Source: Candidatus Magasanikbacteria bacterium RIFCSPHIGHO2_01_FULL_41_23
GTDB taxonomy: Bacteria > Patescibacteriota > Patescibacteriia > Magasanikbacterales > UBA922
NCBI GenBank assembly: GCA_001782805.1
Contig: MFPT01000021.1
Location: 10,546-74,545, forward strand
Direction of reading: 5' to 3'
Length of the DNA: 64,000 bases
How positions within the stretch are numbered: the first letter of the stretch is position 1; each line of letters opens with the position of its first letter. Below, one piece after another: positions 29,859 to 37,765 of this stretch. The notes below the pieces were generated by a model. That model did no database searches, was not told the origin of the DNA, and was given only the letters and a program-made list of their open reading frames with translations. A program made the translations under genes and the position numbers.

Positions 29859-29880
29859 CATATACGTTATATTAATCTAT

Positions 29881-30156
29881 ATGAAAAACTTTTCAACTTT
29901 TAGGGAGGAACAGTTCAAAAAAAAACCAGGTCTTCGGGAGGCCTATGAAGCCCTTGGGCCGGAATATGAGTTAATTGCTCAGCTTATTCGGAAGCGTCTT
30001 AATAAAGGCCTAACTCAATCAGCCTTGGCCAAAAAAATTGGAACAAAACAGTCGGCGATTGCTCGTTTGGAGTCAGGAAACTATAACGCTTCGATTGCTT
30101 TCTTGGAAAAAGTTGCCAAGGCGCTGGATGCAAAGCTGGTCGTTTCAATTTTATAG
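29881..30156 (+). CDS. HigA-like XRE helix-turn-helix antitoxin
   Basis: GLTQSALAKKIGTKQSAIARLESG; downstream of the toxin. Confidence 0.92.
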   Translation: MKNFSTFREEQFKKKPGLREAYEALGPEYELIAQLIRKRLNKGLTQSALAKKIGTKQSAIARLESGNYNASIAFLEKVAKALDAKLVVSIL

Positions 30157-30212
30157 ATTTTATTTTTACAAAATTGTGGTATACTTCTCATTATCGTAAA
30201 GATACGACCACT

Positions 30213-30725
30213 ATGCCGCAAATAATTGGAAAAGAAGGAAGTACTGTTTTAACCGGCCAAATTTTGCATACTTGGGAAGTTTCCGAGTATGAACAGCATG
30301 ATCGGCCGATGCGCTGGTATCTCATTATGTTGGTGCTTGGTCTATTTTTGGTTGGTTACGGCCTGTTTACCAATAATTTTTTGTTTGCGCTGATTGTTAT
30401 ATTGTTTTCCATTATTATTTTTTTGCAATCGCATCAGATTCCGCATCGTGTGCCGTTTAGCATCACTGATCTTGGTGTTCTCGTCAACAATCGCTTTTAT
30501 ATGTATTCCGAGTTTATGGATTTTTATATAATTTATAATCCACCGCAGGTAAAAACATTATTTTTGGAACCGGAAAGTACTTTTCGTCCGCGCTTGCGTG
30601 TGTTGCTTGGAGAAGAGGATCCCAATGAAATTAAATTTACGCTTCGCCAGTTTTTGTCGGAAAATGTGACCAAAGAAGAAGAGCCGTTATCGGACAAGAT
30701 GGCGCGGGAATGGATGATACATTGA
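30213..30725 (+). CDS. Conserved two-TM membrane protein with PH-like domain
   Basis: W...EYEQHDR..RWY + 2 TM helices + GVLVNNRFY.Y; pattern common in CPR genomes. Confidence 0.75.
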   Translation: MPQIIGKEGSTVLTGQILHTWEVSEYEQHDRPMRWYLIMLVLGLFLVGYGLFTNNFLFALIVILFSIIIFLQSHQIPHRVPFSITDLGVLVNNRFYMYSEFMDFYIIYNPPQVKTLFLEPESTFRPRLRVLLGEEDPNEIKFTLRQFLSENVTKEEEPLSDKMAREWMIH

Positions 30726-30784
30726 CGGGTTGGAAATTTTTTGCTATAGTCACTGCGTTTTACCGCGTCTAAAATACGCAAAAC

Positions 30785-30856
30785 GCACCCGTCGTTCAAT
30801 GGATAGGACAAGAGTTTGCGGAACTCTAGATCTAAGTTCGATTCTTAGCGGGTGCA
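30785..30856 (+). tRNA. tRNA-Arg(GCG)
   Basis: GCACCCG/CGGGTGC acceptor, AGAGT-TT-GCG-GA-ACTCT anticodon arm, CTAAG-TTCGATT-CTTAG T-arm. Confidence 0.93.
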
Positions 30857-30901
30857 CCGATTATTATTGATTTGTTCTGACGTATTCAAGAAGTTCGCAC
30901 A

Positions 30902-32962
30902 ATGAATCTCCAAACTCCCATTACACAATTGAATAAAGTGGGGGATGTGTTGAGCTCTCGTTTGAAACGTCTGGGAATTTTTTGCGTACAGGATTTATTA
31001 TATTATTTTCCGTTTCGGTACGAAGACTTTAGTGAATTGGCCAAAATTGCGGATTTGGTTGAAGGAAAACAAGTAACAGTGCAGGCGAAAATTGAATTGA
31101 TTATGACGCGACGAAGTCCGCGCAAGCGAACAGTGTTAACTGAAGCCATGGTCTCGGATGAAAGTGGTCAGCTTCGCATTATTTGGTTTGGTCAGCCCTT
31201 TATTGCTCAAAATTTGCACGTTGGAGATGAAATTTATTTTTCCGGAAAAGTAACGCGCGATCGGTTGGGGTTACAAATGATTAGTCCGGAATACGAAAAA
31301 GTAAAAATTGAGACTGCGCATACAGCGCGAATTGTGCCTTTGTATCCTTTAACTGAAGGCATAACGCATAAACAGATGCGGTATTGGTTGAGGCAAGTAA
31401 TTCATTTGGCCGAAACAATAGAGGATTGGTTGCCACTGGAAATTTTAAAAAAAGCGAGTTTACCTGGACTTGGGAAAGCCATGCGCGGCATTCATTTTCC
31501 GGAAAATGAAGAAGATTTGAAAATAAGCACAGCGCGACTTAAGTTTGATGAGTTGTATATTTTGCAATTGCGAGCGGAAATGATGCGGCAATTATTGGCG
31601 CGATCCGTTGCGCCCCGCATAAAATTTGTGACCGAGCCAATTAAAAAATTTGTGGCTGATTTGCCATTCACTTTAACCAATGATCAAAAAGTCGCGGCGT
31701 GGGAAATTTTTAAAGATTTGGAACGCGCGACACCAATGAATAGATTGTTGGAAGGAGATGTGGGTTCGGGAAAAACTGTGGTCGCGGCGCTGGCAATGTA
31801 TTTGGCGATTGAAAATGGTTATCAATGTGCGCTCATGGCGCCGACGGAAATTTTGGCTACGCAACATTATGCGACAATTACAAAATTATTGGATAAAAAA
31901 ATTACTTCGATTGGTTTGTTGACGGGCAGTACTAAACCAAAAGAAAAAATCACGATTGGCGCGCGATTGGAGGCGGGAGAAATTTCAATTATTATCGGCA
32001 CGCATGCGTTGTTGTCTGAAAGCGTGCAATTTAAAAATTTGGGCTTGGTGATTGTGGATGAACAACATCGGTTTGGTGTGGATCAACGCCGGAAAATGCG
32101 CGCACATAATAATGACGATACAGCGCCGCATTTTTTGAGCATGACTGCCACGCCGATTCCGCGTTCTTTTGCACTGACGTTATTTGGCGATTTGGATGTG
32201 TCCATTATTAAACAAATGCCGGTCGGTCGCAAACCAATAAAAACACGCGTGGTCGCGCCGCATAATCGCGAGAAAGCGTACGCGTTTATTCGCGAGGAAA
32301 TAAAAAAAGGCAGACAGTGTTTTGTGATTTGTCCGTTGATTCAAGAAGATACTACTTCTGTTCCAACTCAGTCAAAATTATTGCGTGGCGAACAAAAAAC
32401 AGTTTTAAAAGAATATGAACATTTGTCCAAAGAAATTTTTCCGAATTTACGCGTGGGATTTTTGCATGGCAAAATGAAGGCGAAAGAAAAAAATACGACA
32501 ATGCAAAAATTTGCTAATGGCGAAACCGATATTTTAGTTGCGACTTCGGTTGTGGAAGTTGGTGTCAATATTCCCAATGCCAGCGTGATGATGATTGAAG
32601 GCGCGGAACGATTTGGTTTGGCGCAATTGCATCAATTTCGCGGACGCGTGGGAAGAGCGGAACATCAATCATATTGTTTTTTATTTACTGACAATGACAC
32701 ACAAAAAGTCACGGAGCGTTTGGCTTTATTTGAAAAAACTTTGGATGGTTTTGCCCTCGCTGAATATGATTTGGAAACGCGCGGGCCGGGCGAAGTATAC
32801 GGCACTGCTCAAAGTGGTATGATGAATCTGCGTTTGGCCACGATGCGTGACATTGGTCTGATAAAACTGGCACGCGAACTGGCGCGCGGGACAAATTTTA
32901 CGAAATTTTTACAATTAAAAGAAAAAGTAAAAGAATGGGAAGAAAGGACGCATTTGGAATAA
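30902..32962 (+). CDS. recG: ATP-dependent DNA helicase RecG
   Basis: GDVGSGKT, APTEILA.QH, DEQHRFGV, TATPIPR, QFRGRVGR. Confidence 0.98.
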   Translation: MNLQTPITQLNKVGDVLSSRLKRLGIFCVQDLLYYFPFRYEDFSELAKIADLVEGKQVTVQAKIELIMTRRSPRKRTVLTEAMVSDESGQLRIIWFGQPFIAQNLHVGDEIYFSGKVTRDRLGLQMISPEYEKVKIETAHTARIVPLYPLTEGITHKQMRYWLRQVIHLAETIEDWLPLEILKKASLPGLGKAMRGIHFPENEEDLKISTARLKFDELYILQLRAEMMRQLLARSVAPRIKFVTEPIKKFVADLPFTLTNDQKVAAWEIFKDLERATPMNRLLEGDVGSGKTVVAALAMYLAIENGYQCALMAPTEILATQHYATITKLLDKKITSIGLLTGSTKPKEKITIGARLEAGEISIIIGTHALLSESVQFKNLGLVIVDEQHRFGVDQRRKMRAHNNDDTAPHFLSMTATPIPRSFALTLFGDLDVSIIKQMPVGRKPIKTRVVAPHNREKAYAFIREEIKKGRQCFVICPLIQEDTTSVPTQSKLLRGEQKTVLKEYEHLSKEIFPNLRVGFLHGKMKAKEKNTTMQKFANGETDILVATSVVEVGVNIPNASVMMIEGAERFGLAQLHQFRGRVGRAEHQSYCFLFTDNDTQKVTERLALFEKTLDGFALAEYDLETRGPGEVYGTAQSGMMNLRLATMRDIGLIKLARELARGTNFTKFLQLKEKVKEWEERTHLE

Positions 32963-33030
32963 GGTATATTTGCTCATATATCTTCCGTTTGATACACTAA
33001 GTAACGGTTTTATTTTTGGTTTAGTTTTTT

Positions 33031-34464
33031 ATGAATTCCATTCCGATCGCTTTAACCTACGATGATGTTTTAATTGTGCCGCGACGTTCCGGTCTTAATT
33101 CACGCAGTGAAGCCGTGACAACAACGCGGTTAACCAAGAAAATAAATTTGCATATTCCATTGGTCAGCGCGAATATGGACACGGTGACTGAATCGCAAAT
33201 GGCGATTGCGTTGGCGCGATTGGGCGGGATTGGAATTTTGCATCGCTTTATGACGATTGAAGAAAATATCGAAGAAGTAAAACGAGTTAAGCGCGCGCAA
33301 AATTTTGTGGTTCGCGATCCATACAGCATTGATCCGAATAAAACAATTGGTCAAGCCAAAGAATTTATTGCCAAATGCGGTGTAACGGGTTTGGTAGTGG
33401 CGAATGATGATGGACGTTTGCACGGGATTCTTTCGCGTCGAGATATGATGTTTGCGGAAAATGACCACGCACTTGTTTCGGAAATTATGACGCCGCGTGC
33501 CAAATTAATTGTGGGTGTTCCATCAACCACATTTGAAGAAGCCAAAAATATTTTTGCGCAAAATAAAATAGAAAAATTGCCGCTTGTGGATGAAGACAAT
33601 AAAATTATTGGTTTAATTACCAGTGATGATATTCGGTTGAGGATTGATTATCCATTGGCTAATACTGATGAGAAAGGCAATCTTTTGGTGGGCGCTTCAA
33701 TTGGCGTGAAAGGGGATTATATTGAGCGCGCGCAAGAATTAATTAAAGCCGGAGTGGATGTGCTGGTGATTGATATTGCGCACGGACACTCGGATTTAAT
33801 GTTTGACGCGATTAAAAATGTTCGCGCGGCTTGCACAGATGTGCAATTGATTGCAGGTAATATCGCGACAAGCGGAGCGGCGCAAGAATTATGTGAAGCC
33901 GGAGTTGATGGTTTAAAAGTGGGAGTGGGTCCGGGAACAATTTGCATTACTCGTTTGGTGACCGGATGTGGCGTGCCGCAATTATCCGCGGTGATGAATG
34001 TGGCCGCGACCGCACAAAAATATAATGTTCCGGTAATTGCGGACGGAGGAATTCAAAAATCCGGTGATATTGTAAAAGCGATTGGTGCGGGTGCGGATAC
34101 GGTTATGCTGGGCGGATCTTTGGCTGGAACACATGAAAGTCCCGGTCTGATAATTAATCGCGATGGCAAGAAATATAAAGTTTGCCGCGGTAGCGCCAGT
34201 TTTGCGATTGCTGAACGTAGGCAAAAAGTGGGGCAAGAAAAAAAGGAAATGAATGAAGTTACGCCAGAAGGCGTGGAAGCAGTTGTGCCGTATAAAGGGT
34301 ATTTGGCGGAAATTGTCGGTCAATTTATTGGTGGTTTAAAATCAGGGATGAGCTATACCAATTCGCGAACGATTGGTGAATTGCAAAAAAATTGTGATTT
34401 TGTGCGGATTACGAACGCGGGTTTGCGCGAAAGCGGGCCGCATGATTTGCAGGATGTGCGCTAG
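33031..34464 (+). CDS. guaB: IMP dehydrogenase (CBS-domain containing; GMP reductase not excluded)
   Basis: LTYDDVL, SANMDTVTE, DIAHGHS, GVGPGTICITR, ADGGI, PEGVE. Confidence 0.9.
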   Translation: MNSIPIALTYDDVLIVPRRSGLNSRSEAVTTTRLTKKINLHIPLVSANMDTVTESQMAIALARLGGIGILHRFMTIEENIEEVKRVKRAQNFVVRDPYSIDPNKTIGQAKEFIAKCGVTGLVVANDDGRLHGILSRRDMMFAENDHALVSEIMTPRAKLIVGVPSTTFEEAKNIFAQNKIEKLPLVDEDNKIIGLITSDDIRLRIDYPLANTDEKGNLLVGASIGVKGDYIERAQELIKAGVDVLVIDIAHGHSDLMFDAIKNVRAACTDVQLIAGNIATSGAAQELCEAGVDGLKVGVGPGTICITRLVTGCGVPQLSAVMNVAATAQKYNVPVIADGGIQKSGDIVKAIGAGADTVMLGGSLAGTHESPGLIINRDGKKYKVCRGSASFAIAERRQKVGQEKKEMNEVTPEGVEAVVPYKGYLAEIVGQFIGGLKSGMSYTNSRTIGELQKNCDFVRITNAGLRESGPHDLQDVR

Positions 34465-34526
34465 AACTTGAATAAACTAGAAGCTGAATAACTATTTAAG
34501 ACTAAAAACAATTAATTTTTTTGGTG

Positions 34527-34562
34527 AGGGGGCTCCGACTTCATGTCGGAGCCCCCTTTTTG
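34527..34562 (+). terminator. Intrinsic terminator after guaB
   Basis: GGGGCTCCGAC-TTCAT-GTCGGAGCCCC then T-run. Confidence 0.8.
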
Positions 34563-34580
34563 TTCTTCCTCCTTTCTTCG

Positions 34581-34820
34581 CTAGGCGAAGTTCCCGTAGT
34601 AGCTCATGACGTGACCGAAGCCTCCGCGTGGCGAAGCGCGTCGGTGATGCTCGTTGTCGTCAGATCCCCCCTTCTTCTTAGGGGGATCCACGATCGGCGA
34701 CCGGTTTGTGGACAGGCTCCGCGGCGGACGGTAGGGGGTTCCATCGGCCGAGGGGATGTCCTCGGCACGTCGGAGGGGGTTTCCCTTGTCATCCAGCGTC
34801 GCGGCACGAAATCTTTCCAT
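34581..34820 (-). CDS. GC-rich orphan small protein (79 aa), or GC-rich RNA
   Basis: Downstream of a perfect TTGACA-N17-TATAAT promoter; AAGGA SD-like motif before ATG at 34820. Confidence 0.45.
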   Translation of the reverse strand: MERFRAATLDDKGNPLRRAEDIPSADGTPYRPPRSLSTNRSPIVDPPKKKGGSDDNEHHRRASPRGGFGHVMSYYGNFA

Positions 34821-34872
34821 GGTCAATGATCCTTGTGTCCCGACTTCGTCGGGACGGTTTGAGATGAAGAAG

Positions 34873-34967
34873 ATTATAAATAATTGTGATGCTTTTGTCA
34901 ATAATTTTAGGCTAAAAAATTTTAAAAAAATGTTCGGTTTGACTTTTTTGCTTTTTTATTTTATTCT
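34873..34967. promoter_or_regulatory. Divergent sigma70 promoters (minus: TTGACA-N17-TATAAT at 34901-34873; plus: TTGACT-N17-TATTCT at 34939-34967)
   Basis: Direct motif reading in an AT-rich spacer between two GC-rich blocks. Confidence 0.7.
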
Positions 34968-35033
34968 TTGAACAGATTGTTTTAATTTGGCTGAACAATG
35001 AGGGGTTGTTTGGTCAACTAAGGGGTTTTTTCA

Positions 35034-35231
35034 ATGAAGGTTTTGATGGTCACCCTGACTACCAAGAACAGCCGTGGAGAGGACATCCATTTCTCGATCT
35101 CGAAGGAGGGCGCGCGGGAGGCCGGAATCCTCCCTGATTCTCGATCCTGGGATCGTGCCCAGGGTGTCTCGGCGGGAAACCGCCAGTACATGAAGCGCCT
35201 CGTTCGTCGACTCGACGAGATCGGATCGTAA
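35034..35231 (+). CDS. GC-rich orphan small protein (65 aa)
   Basis: AAGGGG SD, promoter upstream, terminator at ~35374-35405. Confidence 0.55.
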   Translation: MKVLMVTLTTKNSRGEDIHFSISKEGAREAGILPDSRSWDRAQGVSAGNRQYMKRLVRRLDEIGS

Positions 35232-35373
35232 GCGATCCGAACCAACGCCGTTGATTCGCCGCCACTCGCGGATCCGGCACGATCGTTCTTCATCAAGTAG
35301 CCCACCAGTTTCTGTCCCACCTTTGTTCCTTCCTCGGGCTCAGACTTCACGTCCGAGCCCTCCCACCAAAATT

Positions 35374-35405
35374 AAAACTCTCCGAGATTGTCGGAGGGTT
35401 TTTTT
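35374..35405 (+). terminator. Intrinsic terminator
   Basis: CTCTCCGA-GATTG-TCGGAGGG followed by T-run. Confidence 0.7.
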
Positions 35406-35482
35406 ATGACAATAAATACATCAAGGAAATCAATTTAAATCGAATCAATTTAAGTCGACTTAAAATAAATCAAATCAACATG

Positions 35483-35639
35483 AATTTCAGTAATAGGTAA
35501 TTTTCTTTTCAGTAAAACTCGCTATTCTTCTCCTCTCCTCGTCTCTATCCTTATTGATATATTAAATCTACTTTAACCAAGTAAGCGGAAAGAAAGCTCG
35601 TACACATTACTAAAAAGAAAATTACCTACTACTGAAATT
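35483..35639 (-). repeat. 33-bp inverted repeat enclosing ~91 bp (long hairpin or MITE-like)
   Basis: 35483-35515 vs 35607-35639, 31/33 complementary; both mismatches become G-U on the minus strand. Confidence 0.85.
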
Positions 35640-35642
35640 ACC

Positions 35643-35900
35643 CCAATGCAACACCGAAAAATTTAATATACCTAATAAGCAAACTGGAGTGAGATCTTTT
35701 TCTCGATGCCCGAGCCTGTTTACCCTGAGCTTGTCGAAGGGTCGAGGGTCGAGAAAAACGGTCTCACGAAGTTTGCTTAAGACTTAGAAAGCTGAGTATA
35801 ATGACTTGTTAAGAATGCATAATCCGTTAGACTATCAGTTGAACAAAAGGATATCGTCGAATTTTGTTTAAGACTTAGAAAATGGAGTTTGCTTATGAGC
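35643..35900. repeat. Dispersed intergenic repeat, copy B, with nested REP-like hairpins
   Basis: Matches 11957-12155; contains TAAGCAAAC..GTTTGCTTA hairpin with nested CCCTGAGCTTGTCGAAGGG. Confidence 0.9.
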
Positions 35901-35934
35901 AAACAAAGCATGAATTTTGATTACAATTTGGCAT

Positions 35935-36022
35935 ATAAAAAATATAAAAGTCCAGTGTTTACCGGACTTTTATATGACACGTAGAAGTTTTGCCAATGAA
36001 GCACTGGCTCACTACCCTTTAA
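35935..36022 (-). ncRNA. Candidate small RNA antisense to the anticodon arm of the adjacent tRNA
   Basis: Own promoter (36055-36028), segments AAGGGUAGUG and CUACGUGUCA flanking hairpin GCCAGUG/CAUUGGC, terminator hairpin 35942-35975 plus U-run. Confidence 0.65.
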
Positions 36023-36027
36023 TGTAA

Positions 36028-36055
36028 ATTATATCAAGATTTATTATTTTGTCAA
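36028..36055 (-). promoter_or_regulatory. sigma70 promoter TTGACA-N16-TATAAT with extended -10 TG
   Basis: Plus strand attata (36028-36033) ... tgtcaa (36050-36055). Confidence 0.75.
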
Positions 36056-36057
36056 AT

Positions 36058-36080
36058 AAAAAACACAACGAGAAGTTGTG
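36058..36080 (-). terminator. Intrinsic terminator after the tRNA
   Basis: CACAAC-TTCTC-GTTGTG-TTTTTT on the minus strand. Confidence 0.7.
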
Positions 36081-36089
36081 ATTTTTAGG

Positions 36090-36166
36090 TGGTGGACCTG
36101 ACGGGAATCGAACCCGTTCTACTACGTGTCAAGGGTAGTGTGCTCAACCAGATACACCACAGGCCC
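36090..36166 (-). tRNA. Atypical tRNA-Val(GAC)-like gene with distorted anticodon arm, CCA encoded
   Basis: GGGCCTG/CAGGTCC-A-CCA acceptor, normal D and T arms; anticodon arm CTACCCTTGACACGTAG gives either a 9-nt loop around GAC or a C31:C39 mismatch with TGA centred. Confidence 0.8.
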
Positions 36167-36226
36167 TAGGTCCACCATGTACTACCATAACATAAACCAC
36201 ATTAAGAAAGTCTTAAGTTTTTGTAG

Positions 36227-36246
36227 TTATCCACAAAGTATGCACA
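36227..36246 (+). promoter_or_regulatory. DnaA-box-like pair (TTATCCACA + GTATGCACA); similar pair at 93-112
   Basis: Exact 9-mer consensus at 36227-36235. Confidence 0.45.
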
Positions 36247-36357
36247 AAAACAATAAAACTCCTTTTTGAGGAGCTTTATTGTACGAATATAGAATTGTTA
36301 CTGTAGTGCAGGTTGATAATATCCTTATAAACTATAATATAGTAAGAAAATTATTTG

Positions 36358-37743
36358 TCAAGTATGTGTAATCAACTCCGCGATATTTTTTACGCCGATT
36401 ATTTTTAATCCCGATTTATCGTAATTTTTCCCTTCTGATAATTTGGGATTGGGATTTATTTCGACAGTCGTGGAATTTTTAGTAGAACTCGCGGCCGTAA
36501 TCACGCGACGCATCCCAAGATTGGCGGATTCTTTAATTCTTTTTTCCGCTTGGGAAACTCTGCGCACTTCGCCGCCCAAACCAACTTCACCAAAAACTAC
36601 CAGATCCGCGCCCAATGCCTTATCTTTATATGAACTCGCAATTGCCAAACAAACCGTCAAATCCGCGGCCGGCTCGCCGGCATTAATTCCCCCGACAACA
36701 TTAATGTGAATGTCATATTGTCCGAGCGACAAACCCGCGCGTTTTTCCAGAACCGCAACCAAAACGTGAAGTCGATTCAAATCAAAACCACTGGCTTTGC
36801 GCACGGGATAGCCAAAGACAGTTTTGTTGACGAGCGCTTGAATTTCCACGAGCATGGGACGTGTTCCTTCCATTAAACAAGTCAAAATACTGCCGGACAC
36901 GGCTTCACCCCGATCCGCAATAAACGCGGCCGAGGAGTTTTTTACTTCCACCAAACCATGTTCTTGCATAGCAAAAATCCCCACTTCATCCGTGGCGCCA
37001 AACCGATTTTTTACCGTGCGCAATAAACGATAACTGTGATGGCGTTCACCTTCCAAATAAAGAACCGTGTCCACCAAATGTTCCAAAGTTTTGGGTCCGG
37101 CCACAGTGCCTTCTTTGGTGACATGCCCAATAATAACAATCGCAGTATTCGTTGATTTGGCAGTTTCCAAAAGTTTTACAGTCGCGGCGCGGACTTGATT
37201 GGGATTGCCGGCTTCGCCGAGCACATCATGGGAAGTAATTGTTTGGATAGAATCAATAACTGCGAGGGTTGGTTTTTCCGCGGTTATGGTCGCGCAGATT
37301 GTTTCCACGTTGGTTTCATTGCCTAAACGAAAATTTATTTTTTTTGTAAACAAACGATCCGCGCGCAATTTTATTTGTCCGACTGATTCTTCGCCGGATA
37401 AATATAAAGTAGGGGAGATGAGTGTGGCGAGTTGTAATGCCAGTGTTGATTTGCCAATTCCCGGTTCGCCACCAAGCAAAATTAAACTGCCCGGCACAAT
37501 TCCACCGCCGAGTACGCGGTCAAGTTCAGACAGGCCAGTCGCGATACGCGGCGTATTTTCGCCTTTAATTTCATCCAGAGAAACAGTTTTTGCAGCCGCG
37601 GTTTTATTTTTTTCTGTTTCAGATTTTTTGACCGCGGATTCGCTAATCGTTCCCCATTGCCCGCATTCCAAACAGCGCCCAATCCATTTTTGGTATTGCG
37701 CGTCGCAGTGGGAACAGAGGAAGATGGTGGTGGATTTGGGCAT
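36358..37743 (-). CDS. radA: DNA repair protein RadA/Sms
   Basis: CxxC..KW.G.CxxC, GGEPGIGKSTL, DSIQT, KNRFG, Lon-like C-terminus. Confidence 0.97.
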   Translation of the reverse strand: MPKSTTIFLCSHCDAQYQKWIGRCLECGQWGTISESAVKKSETEKNKTAAAKTVSLDEIKGENTPRIATGLSELDRVLGGGIVPGSLILLGGEPGIGKSTLALQLATLISPTLYLSGEESVGQIKLRADRLFTKKINFRLGNETNVETICATITAEKPTLAVIDSIQTITSHDVLGEAGNPNQVRAATVKLLETAKSTNTAIVIIGHVTKEGTVAGPKTLEHLVDTVLYLEGERHHSYRLLRTVKNRFGATDEVGIFAMQEHGLVEVKNSSAAFIADRGEAVSGSILTCLMEGTRPMLVEIQALVNKTVFGYPVRKASGFDLNRLHVLVAVLEKRAGLSLGQYDIHINVVGGINAGEPAADLTVCLAIASSYKDKALGADLVVFGEVGLGGEVRRVSQAEKRIKESANLGMRRVITAASSTKNSTTVEINPNPKLSEGKNYDKSGLKIIGVKNIAELITHT

Positions 37744-37765
37744 ACCTACTAAGATGTTAGAAATA

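Noticed and set aside
35771-35895. Possible CRISPR or integron attC array
   Set aside because: Only two full 19-bp repeats, irregular spacing, no GTTRRRY core, and no cas or integrase gene in the window.
36227-36246. Replication origin from DnaA boxes
   Set aside because: Only scattered pairs (93-112, 14340-14361, 36227-36246); no dense cluster and no dnaA/dnaN nearby.
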